Positions 37,750 to 47,223 of a DNA stretch of 64,000 bases are shown one piece after another. Each line of letters begins with the position of its first letter. Position 1 is the first letter of the stretch. The DNA comes from a virus (Duplodnaviria > Caudoviricetes): IMG/VR virus record IMGVR_UViG_3300014204_000169, positions 10,119-74,118 of that record; one strand, given 5' to 3'. Made by a program: the position numbers and the translations under genes. The notes beneath the pieces are model-generated. The model saw only the letters and a list, made by a program, of their open reading frames with translations. It had not been told where the DNA came from and searched no databases.

Positions 37750-38664
37750 TTAGTAAACCTTTCTCATATATTCTTTCACAATAATATTTGCCTCATTCTG
37801 ATCAAGTGCACCGGGATCACCAACTATAGGAATAATTTCAGATTCAATTCCACGGAACAACATTTCGCTGCGTAACTTTTGTGCCTTCGCTTGAGCTTGG
37901 GACTCATCATCAAATGCTATGAACACTCTTTTGAAGAATTTTTTCAAGCACCGTACTTGCTCTGGCCGGTATTCTATGCCAAAAGTACAGACAGAATTTT
38001 TAGGGCCAAACCGCCACACGTCTGTTATACCCTCTGTTACAATAATACTATCCCCCCAGCATTCTTGCTTACCATACAAAATGTGTTTGTGATGGTAAAT
38101 TTCTCTGCTGCGTGGTGCTGTAATATATCTCAATTCGGATTTCCCTGTCCAGTCCCGACATTGGAATGATACTGCTTTTCCTTCCCAAAATATAGGGGCG
38201 AGAATACGATGCTTGTAAGAAATCCCGTCAAGTAAGCTACACACCCCACAAGCAAGCAAACCCCAAGTATGTTGTAAGTATTCTGCATTGAATCCTCTCC
38301 CTTCTAAATATTGTTTATGTTGTTTCTGCATCGGCCCTATATCACTTGGATACTTAAATTTCTTAGTACCAATTTTTACTACAATTTCTTTTCTTTTAGT
38401 ATGGGATTGTCCACCATACTGTCTGATTACCGAATAAGCTTCATGTAAATTTATTCTTAGTAATTTTACAATAAGATCAGGTAAAGAATGCTTGCCACAT
38501 TTCCAACAAAAACACGTTGTTCCATCGGGGGGAATTCCTAAATGCCATGAATTATCGTTTGGGCAAAATGGGCAGTTTATACCTTGCCAGCCAGCGGAAA
38601 TATTCTTTCCATGATTACTAAAATTTATGTTGTTATCAATAAAGAACTTTTCAAAATTGAACAT
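37750..38664 (-). CDS. DNA primase (Zn finger plus TOPRIM)
   Basis: CPFC...HLG...CWKCG; IVTEGITDVW, FDDE, DPG. Confidence 0.88.
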   Translation of the reverse strand: MFNFEKFFIDNNINFSNHGKNISAGWQGINCPFCPNDNSWHLGIPPDGTTCFCWKCGKHSLPDLIVKLLRINLHEAYSVIRQYGGQSHTKRKEIVVKIGTKKFKYPSDIGPMQKQHKQYLEGRGFNAEYLQHTWGLLACGVCSLLDGISYKHRILAPIFWEGKAVSFQCRDWTGKSELRYITAPRSREIYHHKHILYGKQECWGDSIIVTEGITDVWRFGPKNSVCTFGIEYRPEQVRCLKKFFKRVFIAFDDESQAQAKAQKLRSEMLFRGIESEIIPIVGDPGALDQNEANIIVKEYMRKVY

Positions 38665-38665
38665 T

Positions 38666-39031
38666 TTATTTTTTAAACTTAAATATTAGTGTAGATATAA
38701 ATCTATCAGCAGCAGCCTCACATATACCTGCGATATTAGGGAACCTATATCTTCTATAATCAAATTCATTAAGAAAATCAGCACCCATATAGGATGCAAA
38801 TGTTTCTCTTACTACGTCACTTTCAGTAAATATTTTTACTAAGTTCTGCATAGTCTTTTGGTAATCTTTATTAATTTCTTTTTCTGTTCTTTTTATTTTA
38901 GTAATTTTAGTTTTCCTTGTGTTGTAGTTATTACAATTACATTTTGGACAATATTTAACTTTATTAAAAGAAGGCCATTGAGATAATTGAATTTCATCAT
39001 AACCACACCATGTACATGTATATTTTTTCAT
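38666..39031 (-). CDS. Zinc-ribbon protein
   Basis: CTWC...CPKC. Confidence 0.65.
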   Translation of the reverse strand: MKKYTCTWCGYDEIQLSQWPSFNKVKYCPKCNCNNYNTRKTKITKIKRTEKEINKDYQKTMQNLVKIFTESDVVRETFASYMGADFLNEFDYRRYRFPNIAGICEAAADRFISTLIFKFKK

Positions 39032-39399
39032 TTTATATTCTCCTGTAATTTTTTAACCATATCCGTCAATTTATATATTAATCTATGTGGTTTATCTGCC
39101 CATTCATAACTCAATGGGCCTTCCCCATAAACAGCTTTACTAAAATCTTCTAAAGTATATTCTTCTTTAGATTCTAAAATACTCTGCATAAAGGTTTTAA
39201 TTTCTAAAATTTCATTTTCTTTATCTTCTTGCCCTAATTGAAATATTTCATTAATAAAATTTAATTCCAGTAAAGCATCATCATAAGAAATGAAGTTGTG
39301 CGGGCCTTCTTTTATTAAATTTTCATCTACTATGTAGTAATAAACTTCTTGTGTTTCTATGTCTTTTTCTTCTTTAATGCAAAAGTTGGTTTGTTTCAT
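39028..39399 (-). CDS. Hypothetical protein
   Basis: ORF track. Confidence 0.65.
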   Translation of the reverse strand: MKQTNFCIKEEKDIETQEVYYYIVDENLIKEGPHNFISYDDALLELNFINEIFQLGQEDKENEILEIKTFMQSILESKEEYTLEDFSKAVYGEGPLSYEWADKPHRLIYKLTDMVKKLQENIK

Positions 39400-39854
39400 T
39401 TCAAAACCTTTCTAATTTCTTCATAACTTTTACGGATTTTTGGCCAAGACCAATTTTTTTCTCTAAGCGTTTTAGTAATTTCTGACATATTAATTGTGCT
39501 ATACACATCAGGATTGTTTAGTATTTTACTACATAACAATTTTGCGTCACTCCCTAGTTTATTAAGTTTGTCCAAAAATAAAATTGATTGATCTGGAGTA
39601 TTAAAACTAACTTCACTAAAATCTGTATTAAGTACAGTTCTCTGCTTCATGGAATACTGTACTAAATGATTATATGTTACAGCATTGAGGAATGTGCTAA
39701 TTGCACCTCTTGAAGCGTCAAATTGATCAATTTTTCGGACAGCTTGAAGTACTGATTCCCCATAAAGATCATCTACATCTACATTGCATCTTTTACTAAA
39801 GTTCCATGCAATTTGATGTAAAATTTTAAGATGTTCATTCTGCAAAGTTTCCAT
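39396..39854 (-). CDS. Short sigma-70-like factor (region 2)
   Basis: IAWNF...VDDLYGE...QFDASRGAISTFL region-2 pattern. Confidence 0.7.
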   Translation of the reverse strand: METLQNEHLKILHQIAWNFSKRCNVDVDDLYGESVLQAVRKIDQFDASRGAISTFLNAVTYNHLVQYSMKQRTVLNTDFSEVSFNTPDQSILFLDKLNKLGSDAKLLCSKILNNPDVYSTINMSEITKTLREKNWSWPKIRKSYEEIRKVLK

Positions 39855-39866
39855 GGTTATTCCCCC

Positions 39867-40139
39867 TTATAACTTTCCTACATTAAGTTTTTTAATTACT
39901 ATAAATTCTTTTAACATATCTTTCATTTCATAACTTTCTTCATCCCCAGTAAATAACCAAAGATTATCACAAAATTTTACAATTACTTTTTCATTGCATT
40001 CTATTCCCCGCACTAAATAAAAACCGTCTTCATATTTAGGAGTTAATTTTTCAGCACAGTAAGGGCAGTAAGAATAATTGATATCTAAAGACTTTGCCTT
40101 AGTTGTTCCTTTACAATAATGTGGCTTAAATTCAGTCAT
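39867..40139 (-). CDS. Hypothetical protein (CPYC)
   Basis: ORF track. Confidence 0.65.
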   Translation of the reverse strand: MTEFKPHYCKGTTKAKSLDINYSYCPYCAEKLTPKYEDGFYLVRGIECNEKVIVKFCDNLWLFTGDEESYEMKDMLKEFIVIKKLNVGKL

Positions 40140-40151
40140 ACTTATTCTCCT

Positions 40152-40625
40152 TTATAATGTTTTTCTTCTTCTTAGTTTTATTCTTTTAATTGATACTTCA
40201 TGGTGTTTTCGTTTTTTAGTAATTTTCTCAATTGGCGTACTTCCTTCTGAAGTTTTTATAACAATTGTCCCAGATGAAATATCTGTAGTTTGAGGAATAT
40301 TCTTATACGAATATTCTTTTGGGTCGTCTAAATCTAATGATTGATCCATTACTACATGAGCACGGCAATCATTTACATAAATCACTTTTCCTGTCATTTT
40401 ACTAAATGGCAATAAAAAGGTATTCCCAGGTTTTAATGATAATATTTTTACTAATTTTTGTTTTCTTACAAATTTCTTTTTTTTCGGCATTGTTGAAAAT
40501 TTTCTTACAAATTTTTTTCTTTCTGGTATTTCTTCTTTTACTAATTTTCTTATAAATACTTTTTTTATTCTAGTGTGTTCTCGAAATTTTAGTAATTGTT
40601 TCTTGCTAAGTTGAATTTCTTGCAT
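40152..40625 (-). CDS. Highly basic hypothetical protein
   Basis: Repeated KKFVRK; basic C-tail. Confidence 0.65.
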   Translation of the reverse strand: MQEIQLSKKQLLKFREHTRIKKVFIRKLVKEEIPERKKFVRKFSTMPKKKKFVRKQKLVKILSLKPGNTFLLPFSKMTGKVIYVNDCRAHVVMDQSLDLDDPKEYSYKNIPQTTDISSGTIVIKTSEGSTPIEKITKKRKHHEVSIKRIKLRRRKTL

Positions 40626-40634
40626 GATTGAACC

Positions 40635-41993
40635 TTATAAAGAGTATAGTTTTTCCCGCTCTCTAAATGCTCTTACTAATTTTGGGACGTTCCAATCTAC
40701 AAAGTCATATACGGTAGCTTTTGTTTTTCCAGATTTTGATCTAACAACTCGACCAACGGTTTGTTGCACCCGAATTGATTTTCCTAAAGGTGTACATTGA
40801 AACAGGTCCGTCCAACCAGGGCAATCAATTCCCTCACCCAACAAGCTTGTAGTTGCAATAGTTAATTTACATCCTGAGCGTACTTTAGCAAAGCCTTTTT
40901 CTCTTTTTATTTTATCCATCGTGCCAGTAAGCAATACCGGATTATGAGCCTTTAGAAGCTCACAGAGAATTTCTGCATGTTTCACTCTATCAGTAAGAAT
41001 TAAGCCCTCAGAATTGGCTACAAGAGCTTTATTAACCGTTTTACATATGAGTTTGTTTCTATTCTTATCCTCAGTTAGCTTAGTGATCAGTTGTCCCCAA
41101 TCAGCAGGACCAGTGCTTTGATAATTGAAATCTGTGTCAACTGTGATGATTGTAGGTTTAATGGTTCTCCCTGCATTTCTTACTTCTTCATTAGTAACCG
41201 TATGTCTGATAGGTCCGATGAGATTCCAGATCATAAATTCCATACCATCTTTACGCCATGGCGTAGCTGAGAATCCATATTTATATCTTGCTTGAAGATT
41301 ATTTACCACTTTCCACCAAGTAGTACAAGATCCGTGATGGACTTCATCACAGAGAACTAAGCCCCACTTCTTACTAAAAGCAGAATCCTTAATATCAAGA
41401 TTAGTAAGAGTTTGAATCATTGCTACTGTAATTATCTGTTCATCCCATTTTCCATCCCCAATTATACCAACATAAATATTTAGTAATTCACTATATCTTT
41501 TCTGAGTCTGGTATAGCAGTTCTTTTGTATGCACTAGGATTAATGTAGGGGTCATAAGATAAGGAGCAGCAGCTATTGCAATATTTGTCTTTCCTGATCC
41601 TGTTGGGCTTACTAAACAACCTGTTTTATATTTGGTAAGTTGTTTAAATGCATTTTCCTGAAATTTATCTAAATAACAACCTAAATACCATTGTTCCTCT
41701 TTTGCTTCTGGATAAACCGTCTTATCTTTCCATTCTATTTTAATATTAAATAATTTAGCTGTTTTATTTACTAAATTTATATCCCCTCTTGGTACACAGA
41801 AATTCTCACCATCTAATTCCCAAGTGAATACTTTCTTAGGAATTCCAAAAGTACGTTTCTTCAATCTAAGTTGCATAGTAAATTTTGGATTTATGTGAGT
41901 GTTTAGTACTTTTAGTTCATTAATAAATTTACTAAGCTTTGGCGTGTTCGGGATATAAATTTTATCTTTGACGATGCACTTTATATTTTGCAT
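40635..41993 (-). CDS. Superfamily 2 DExH helicase (UvsW/T5 D10-like)
   Basis: SPTGSGKT, DEVHH, SAT, LGEGID, QTVGRVVR. Confidence 0.92.
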   Translation of the reverse strand: MQNIKCIVKDKIYIPNTPKLSKFINELKVLNTHINPKFTMQLRLKKRTFGIPKKVFTWELDGENFCVPRGDINLVNKTAKLFNIKIEWKDKTVYPEAKEEQWYLGCYLDKFQENAFKQLTKYKTGCLVSPTGSGKTNIAIAAAPYLMTPTLILVHTKELLYQTQKRYSELLNIYVGIIGDGKWDEQIITVAMIQTLTNLDIKDSAFSKKWGLVLCDEVHHGSCTTWWKVVNNLQARYKYGFSATPWRKDGMEFMIWNLIGPIRHTVTNEEVRNAGRTIKPTIITVDTDFNYQSTGPADWGQLITKLTEDKNRNKLICKTVNKALVANSEGLILTDRVKHAEILCELLKAHNPVLLTGTMDKIKREKGFAKVRSGCKLTIATTSLLGEGIDCPGWTDLFQCTPLGKSIRVQQTVGRVVRSKSGKTKATVYDFVDWNVPKLVRAFREREKLYSL

Positions 41994-42181
41994 TTTGGTT
42001 TTATCCCTGCTTCTAACATCATTAGATCATTTTGTAGTTTATTAAATTCACTCATAATTCTAATATATTTATTAAAAAATTGCTCTGTAATTAAAATAAA
42101 ATCTTTATATTTAGTAGTCTCTATTTCTCTTACAGGGTACCATTCTGTTTTAGTAATTTCTATTCTTTTCATATCATGCAC
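41981..42181 (-). CDS. Hypothetical protein
   Basis: ORF track. Confidence 0.55.
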   Translation of the reverse strand: MHDMKRIEITKTEWYPVREIETTKYKDFILITEQFFNKYIRIMSEFNKLQNDLMMLEAGIKPKCKI

Positions 42182-42292
42182 TCTGTTCTGTTGAAAAATC
42201 GGAAACTCTAATATACTTAGTTAGTGGGCTGTATTGTTTTTTCCATATATTTTTTATATTACAATAAAGGTCATAAATTAAGTAAGTATACA

Positions 42293-42463
42293 TTATCTTT
42301 TTCCTTTCGATTTTCTTCTTGCATTATTCTTAGTAAGGTTATCCTTTTTAATTCTTTTCAATTGAGCATCTAATGGAAGATTGCAGCTTTCAATAAGTTT
42401 ACTAATGTTTTTAGAATTTGGTATATAAATTTTATCTTTGATTAGACAAGTTACAGTGTTCAT
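42293..42463 (-). CDS. 56-aa ORF duplicating the helicase N-terminus
   Basis: MNTVTCLIKDKIYIPNSKNISKLI versus helicase MQNIKCIVKDKIYIPNTPKLSKFI. Confidence 0.6.
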   Translation of the reverse strand: MNTVTCLIKDKIYIPNSKNISKLIESCNLPLDAQLKRIKKDNLTKNNARRKSKGKR

Positions 42464-42672
42464 CTTGGATTGTTCCTTTGATAGTTTCTCATATCTTCAT
42501 CTATACCACTTTCAAAAGTATCTAAATCTATAGCAATATTTTTTATTGCTATTGCATGTTCATCCACAATGATAGAAAGCTCAGAATAAAGTTTTAAAAT
42601 ATTTTGAGCTGTTTTATTTTGTTCTCTTAATTCTTGATCAACCCCAAGCCATTTTCTTAGTAGTTTTTTCAT
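42460..42672 (-). CDS. Hypothetical protein
   Basis: ORF track; GAAAGGA RBS. Confidence 0.7.
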   Translation of the reverse strand: MKKLLRKWLGVDQELREQNKTAQNILKLYSELSIIVDEHAIAIKNIAIDLDTFESGIDEDMRNYQRNNPR

Positions 42673-42853
42673 TTACATTTTCCTTTCCGTTATTAAACCC
42701 TCAATCTCTGAGAGCTTAAATAATGGGCCAGAATCTTAAACTACATTCGCCTTTAGTAGTGTTCTGGCCCTTGTTATTTTGGTAGCTGGCTTTAGTAAAT
42801 CCAGCGCATATTGTTTACCTCCCTAGTTTTTATGTTAGGTTTATTCTCGCTAC

Positions 42854-42883
42854 ATTATATATTAAATCTTAAAGTATTTTCAA
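42854..42883 (-). promoter_or_regulatory. Sigma70-type promoter
   Basis: TTGAAA-18-TATAAT on - strand. Confidence 0.6.
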
Positions 42884-42893
42884 AGAATATTTA

Positions 42894-43229
42894 CTAAATT
42901 ATGAAAGTTTCATTCCCTTTCCATGCATTTTGACGTTTTTTAATAGCAATCATAATTTCATGCAACCGATCACCACATTTTTTTACTACTTCTAATCTTT
43001 TTTGAAAAGCTGATTCTTCAATATAATCATTTTCTATTATTGAAGGGATAGGTTCAGAAAACACAATATGATTATTTTGTCCAATTGGGATACCTAATCT
43101 TATATTATTTCCATCAGTATATTCTTTAGGTAACTTATTTTGAGAATATACACCTGTAATTTTTATAATTCTTCTCATTTCACCTTGTTGCATGTCATAA
43201 ACTTTTTCTGTTTCAATTTTTATACTCAT
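42894..43229 (-). CDS. Hypothetical protein
   Basis: ORF track; GGAGA RBS. Confidence 0.7.
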   Translation of the reverse strand: MSIKIETEKVYDMQQGEMRRIIKITGVYSQNKLPKEYTDGNNIRLGIPIGQNNHIVFSEPIPSIIENDYIEESAFQKRLEVVKKCGDRLHEIMIAIKKRQNAWKGNETFII

Positions 43230-43426
43230 TTGATTATTCTCCTAATGATTTACTAAACTTTTTGTGTTCATTAATAGTTGTTTGGGTACTATGCAAAAAT
43301 GATTCTGATAGGTTAGGTTTCTTGCTAAGTTCTTCAAGTTTTTCTATTCTTGATTTCTTAATTTGATATTGTTTCTTAATACTATAGCTAGTCCATTTGC
43401 TTGAATTCCCCATTATTACCCCTTTC

Positions 43427-43657
43427 TTAATTATGGTTTATTGTTGCTTTTGCTTTGTTGTAGGCTTGCCTTACTAAATCAAAAACACCTAAAGGCAGTC
43501 TAATTTCATCTTTAGTGATAGTCCCTTCACAAAGAATACTTTCTAATGCTAAAAACATTTCATTTGCAGCAAGGCATTTTAAATTAGTACATTGCTTATC
43601 TGCGTGATAGGCTTGAACTGCAAAATTTAGCTTTTGTTTTGTTTCTTTATCTAGCAT
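43427..43657 (-). CDS. Hypothetical protein
   Basis: Start moved to MLDKE (GGAGA RBS). Confidence 0.6.
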   Translation of the reverse strand: MLDKETKQKLNFAVQAYHADKQCTNLKCLAANEMFLALESILCEGTITKDEIRLPLGVFDLVRQAYNKAKATINHN

Positions 43658-43658
43658 C

Positions 43659-43958
43659 TTAATTCTCCATTTCATAAAGATCATATTTATTACAAATTTC
43701 TTCTGTATGCTCTTGAAGAAATATTTTAGCTTCATTAATTGTTTCAAAACCTTTATTAAAAAATATCCACTTAAATGGTGCTGGATATTCTTTAGTAACT
43801 TCTTTTTTAATCATAAAACTAAAGTACCAACTAGTACTTAAAGATCTTTGTGTAATTGAGCCTACACATTTCTTTTTTAGTTTAATATCACATTGATCTG
43901 GATAAAAAGATCTGCATCTCCCAGTTTCTTTATTAATTTTAAAAGTAAATTTTCTCAT
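43659..43958 (-). CDS. Conserved phage hypothetical protein
   Basis: ORF track. Confidence 0.7.
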   Translation of the reverse strand: MRKFTFKINKETGRCRSFYPDQCDIKLKKKCVGSITQRSLSTSWYFSFMIKKEVTKEYPAPFKWIFFNKGFETINEAKIFLQEHTEEICNKYDLYEMEN

Positions 43959-44146
43959 TTCTCAAATTTCCATGTAATTATTAATTTGCCTTGGTTTATT
44001 TGTAAATGCTCTTGTAATTCTGTTGCAATTGTTTTCCCAATATCTTGATGTCGTTTACAAGTTTTTATTATATTCTTAGGACAAATAATATAGTATTCAT
44101 CCCCATCGAATTCAATGTAAAATTTATTGTCTCTTGGAGCTGACAT
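43955..44146 (-). CDS. Hypothetical protein
   Basis: Start moved to MSAPR. Confidence 0.55.
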   Translation of the reverse strand: MSAPRDNKFYIEFDGDEYYIICPKNIIKTCKRHQDIGKTIATELQEHLQINQGKLIITWKFEK

Positions 44147-44324
44147 ATTCTTTTTCCTTTTGTTTTGATACTGCACCAAAAACTTCAAAATGCATTGTTC
44201 CAGAAAAGTCCTTTTGAATTAAACCTAAATTCATTAATGTGTGAGCATCTTTTAGGTTTGATTCATTTAATTCTACAGAACCAATTCTGCCATTATTTTT
44301 CCAAAAGACAATATAAGGTGTCAT
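44124..44324 (-). CDS. Hypothetical protein
   Basis: ORF track. Confidence 0.55.
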   Translation of the reverse strand: MTPYIVFWKNNGRIGSVELNESNLKDAHTLMNLGLIQKDFSGTMHFEVFGAVSKQKEKEYVSSKRQ

Positions 44325-44327
44325 GAT

Positions 44328-44600
44328 CTAGTTTTTCTCATCTGGAACATTTAGTATTGTGGCAAATGCTTTCTCCATAGCTTCTTGGGATTCTTTTAAT
44401 TTTATATCTAAATCTTTTACATAATTTTTATGTAAGTTTTCAGTAGCTATTTGTAAATTCTCAGAACAAGTATTTAAAACATTGCTAATTTTATCTAAAC
44501 CAATACTATCTAATTTTAGTGACCATGATTCTAAAACATTGGCTATGTTGTTTATTAAATGTAATTCATCTTGTAATGTTTTACAGAAGTTTTCTGGCAT
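44328..44600 (-). CDS. Coiled-coil hypothetical protein
   Basis: ORF track. Confidence 0.65.
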   Translation of the reverse strand: MPENFCKTLQDELHLINNIANVLESWSLKLDSIGLDKISNVLNTCSENLQIATENLHKNYVKDLDIKLKESQEAMEKAFATILNVPDEKN

Positions 44601-44624
44601 TTTATTAACCCCTTATTTGTATTC

Positions 44625-44948
44625 TTAACTAATAAAAATTGCTTCTCCTTTTTCTAGTAAATCCTCTAGGAATGACCTTACTTGATAATCCATAAAAGCC
44701 CATGCATATATAACTTCATTATTTTCATTCCTAATGCCTAAAATTGGAGCATCAGTTAAAGCCATGATTTCTTCAGAAGAAACCCAATCTAATTCAGAAT
44801 TAGCTATCAATTGCTCAAGCGCTTCACATTCAGCATTAGTGGTAAAATAATTACCTTCAAATGAAAGTTCTGCAATCTTCACTTTGTCGGCTTCATCGGC
44901 AATTAGTTTTAGCACTCCATTTTTATTCAAATCATAGGTATATTTCAT
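44625..44948 (-). CDS. Hypothetical protein
   Basis: ORF track; AGGAG RBS. Confidence 0.7.
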   Translation of the reverse strand: MKYTYDLNKNGVLKLIADEADKVKIAELSFEGNYFTTNAECEALEQLIANSELDWVSSEEIMALTDAPILGIRNENNEVIYAWAFMDYQVRSFLEDLLEKGEAIFIS

Positions 44949-44985
44949 TTTTTATTCTCCTTTTTGTATTCTTAGATAAAATAAC

Positions 44986-45288
44986 TTACATTTTTCCGGT
45001 TATTCTTGCATACCATTCATAAAATTCTCTGACGGTTCTGTTTTTAATAATATTGTGCAATTCTATTTCAGGAATATATGACATACTTTGGTTATTATAT
45101 TCCCATCGAACAGCAACTACTTTCAAAGATAGTCGAAAATCACCCCTACAATAATGATTTGTTTGTGATTGGATTTCTTCACCTACACAGGGCACTCTTG
45201 ATAATTCTTTGGGCCAAACTTCATTTAGTAAGTCAAGATTAGTATGGCAATGTATTCTTTCCATTTTTACTAACTCCTTATTTTGCAT
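44986..45288 (-). CDS. Hypothetical protein
   Basis: ORF track. Confidence 0.65.
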   Translation of the reverse strand: MQNKELVKMERIHCHTNLDLLNEVWPKELSRVPCVGEEIQSQTNHYCRGDFRLSLKVVAVRWEYNNQSMSYIPEIELHNIIKNRTVREFYEWYARITGKM

Positions 45289-45665
45289 TTTTCAGCGATT
45301 AGTTTATTCATTAGTGTGTATGCTGATAAAACTGGAATTGCTAAAAATTTTTCAATTGTATCTGGCATCAAGTCTTCATTCTCTGTGAAATTTGCGGATC
45401 TTTGATATTTTTTATTCTGATATGGGCAAATTTTAGTTTTTTTCCAATTAATAAAATCCATAGGATTTTCATGGTTTTCTGCATCATATCTCATTAATTC
45501 TAAGCATAGTGAATCTGATGTAGTTTGCCAATTAGCTAATAATACCATTGTTGGACTAGGCAAATTGGCCCCATGCAAATCGGCCCCATGCAAATTGGCC
45601 CCACACAAATTTTTGGCATTAATTTCTTTTAGTAATGTGCCATTAATATTTTTAATTTGAATCAT
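45270..45665 (-). CDS. Pentapeptide-repeat protein (short repeat run)
   Basis: NLCGANLHGADLHGANL encoded by three 15-bp tandem units at 45562-45606. Confidence 0.75.
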   Translation of the reverse strand: MIQIKNINGTLLKEINAKNLCGANLHGADLHGANLPSPTMVLLANWQTTSDSLCLELMRYDAENHENPMDFINWKKTKICPYQNKKYQRSANFTENEDLMPDTIEKFLAIPVLSAYTLMNKLIAEKCKIRS

Positions 45666-45679
45666 TTTAATTACCCTCC

Positions 45680-46768
45680 TTATTTGATCACAGTTAATTT
45701 TCCCGGGGCAATCACAATAACCTTTTTGATTTTTTCAAATTTTACCCGCAGATAGGGTAAACCCAAATTGTAAGTATAGCCAACAATCACTCCAAACTTG
45801 CCATATTTAGATACACAATTGCCCATATATTCCACTTTAGCTCTTAATGGGAACTTTTCAGCTTGTGGGAAGGCATTTAATTCTTCTGTAAGGGCTTTAG
45901 AGGCTTTTTTAGTCACAGATTCGACCTGTAAGGTCAATTCTTTGCTATTGGCCTTTAAGAGTGAGTTATAGAGCAATGTTTTTTCCTGCATTGCTTTCAG
46001 ATTCTTGATTCTTATTTCTAGAACTCCGGTTCTCTTCTTTTCATTCTTACTAAGATGCTTTTGAAGATCTTTTGCAGCTATCTGTATTTCTGATTCTATT
46101 TCATTCTTAATGATAGAACTCATTGTATTCTTATCTTTAGGGGAATCAGGAACACCCAAAGCATAGAATGAGCCCCCATTTAATACAATGAATTTTCTTA
46201 GATTATCTTCTAGCTCTTTTGAGTTAGTAAAATAAATTCCTCCAGTATCTCGCATTGTGATTGCGTGATTCTTGTGAAGATAATCCAGGATTATTAATCG
46301 TAAATCGGAATCCGTGTAGATAGTTGAATATTTTTCAATCATATCTATAATTTCTTGTTTCCTATAACTGTCTTTGACTTCAATTGTATTCTTAGATTTA
46401 TTAAAAATAATAGTATTGTTTTTTAGTAAATCTAAGTCAACATTTTTCCTATCAATATCTTTTCTATGAAGTGTGAAAGCCACAATATTGGAATCATCGG
46501 AAGGGATTCTTGTAATAATTCCAGTGGATTCTAACGATTCAATCCCTCTTTTGATTGCCTTGCCAGTGCTAGGACTGTTAGGCATAAAATTCATACCTAA
46601 TGTATTTGTAATTCTTGATTCTAATTCTTCTGGCGTTATCTCAACGTCTCGAATTGTCCACCAAAGCATTGAGCCAATCGTAGGATAGAATTGCTTATTT
46701 TTAGTAAGTGAATTAATCCTAGATTTTTGTGCTACTTGTGTATTGGTTTTTTCGTATGTTTTAGACAT
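45680..46768 (-). CDS. Conserved phage early protein (DUF6744-like, uncertain)
   Basis: IGSMLWWTIRDVEIT ... MRDTGGIYF pattern recalled. Confidence 0.55.
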   Translation of the reverse strand: MSKTYEKTNTQVAQKSRINSLTKNKQFYPTIGSMLWWTIRDVEITPEELESRITNTLGMNFMPNSPSTGKAIKRGIESLESTGIITRIPSDDSNIVAFTLHRKDIDRKNVDLDLLKNNTIIFNKSKNTIEVKDSYRKQEIIDMIEKYSTIYTDSDLRLIILDYLHKNHAITMRDTGGIYFTNSKELEDNLRKFIVLNGGSFYALGVPDSPKDKNTMSSIIKNEIESEIQIAAKDLQKHLSKNEKKRTGVLEIRIKNLKAMQEKTLLYNSLLKANSKELTLQVESVTKKASKALTEELNAFPQAEKFPLRAKVEYMGNCVSKYGKFGVIVGYTYNLGLPYLRVKFEKIKKVIVIAPGKLTVIK

Positions 46769-46775
46769 AATCTCC

Positions 46776-47069
46776 TTAGTCTTTCTGTAGTATTTTTAAA
46801 TATAAAGGCAGTGCTCCAAAAAGAAACCAGCCTTCATATATTTTTAGCACTTTTCCATATTTTGTTTTTGTCCAAAATCTATAAACAATCATAGTCACCC
46901 CTTTCAAGTTAGTAAAAACATTCAATGTATCGGGCATTAGTAACTTTTGCCCGATTGATTCAATATTCTTAATAAGCTGCCAGATATAAATTCTTTCCTC
47001 TAAATCATCTATTACTAAGTCAGTTGGGGTCATTTTAGTATATTCCTTTTTCCCATTGCATGGTTTCAC
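46776..47069 (-). CDS. Hypothetical protein
   Basis: ORF track; start uncertain. Confidence 0.45.
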   Translation of the reverse strand: MKPCNGKKEYTKMTPTDLVIDDLEERIYIWQLIKNIESIGQKLLMPDTLNVFTNLKGVTMIVYRFWTKTKYGKVLKIYEGWFLFGALPLYLKILQKD

Positions 47070-47223
47070 AAGGATCTAAAGTAGATTTTAGGATATTCCC
47101 ACAATCATCAAGCAATACCCATTTTATCCAATTCATTTTTTGATGTTTCAATGGATATTGCAAAGGTTTTAAATTTTTAAAAGTTGTATCTTTATTTGGT
47201 TTTTGCAATTCTAGTATTTTCAT
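47035..47223 (-). CDS. Hypothetical protein
   Basis: ORF track. Confidence 0.55.
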   Translation of the reverse strand: MKILELQKPNKDTTFKNLKPLQYPLKHQKMNWIKWVLLDDCGNILKSTLDPCETMQWEKGIY

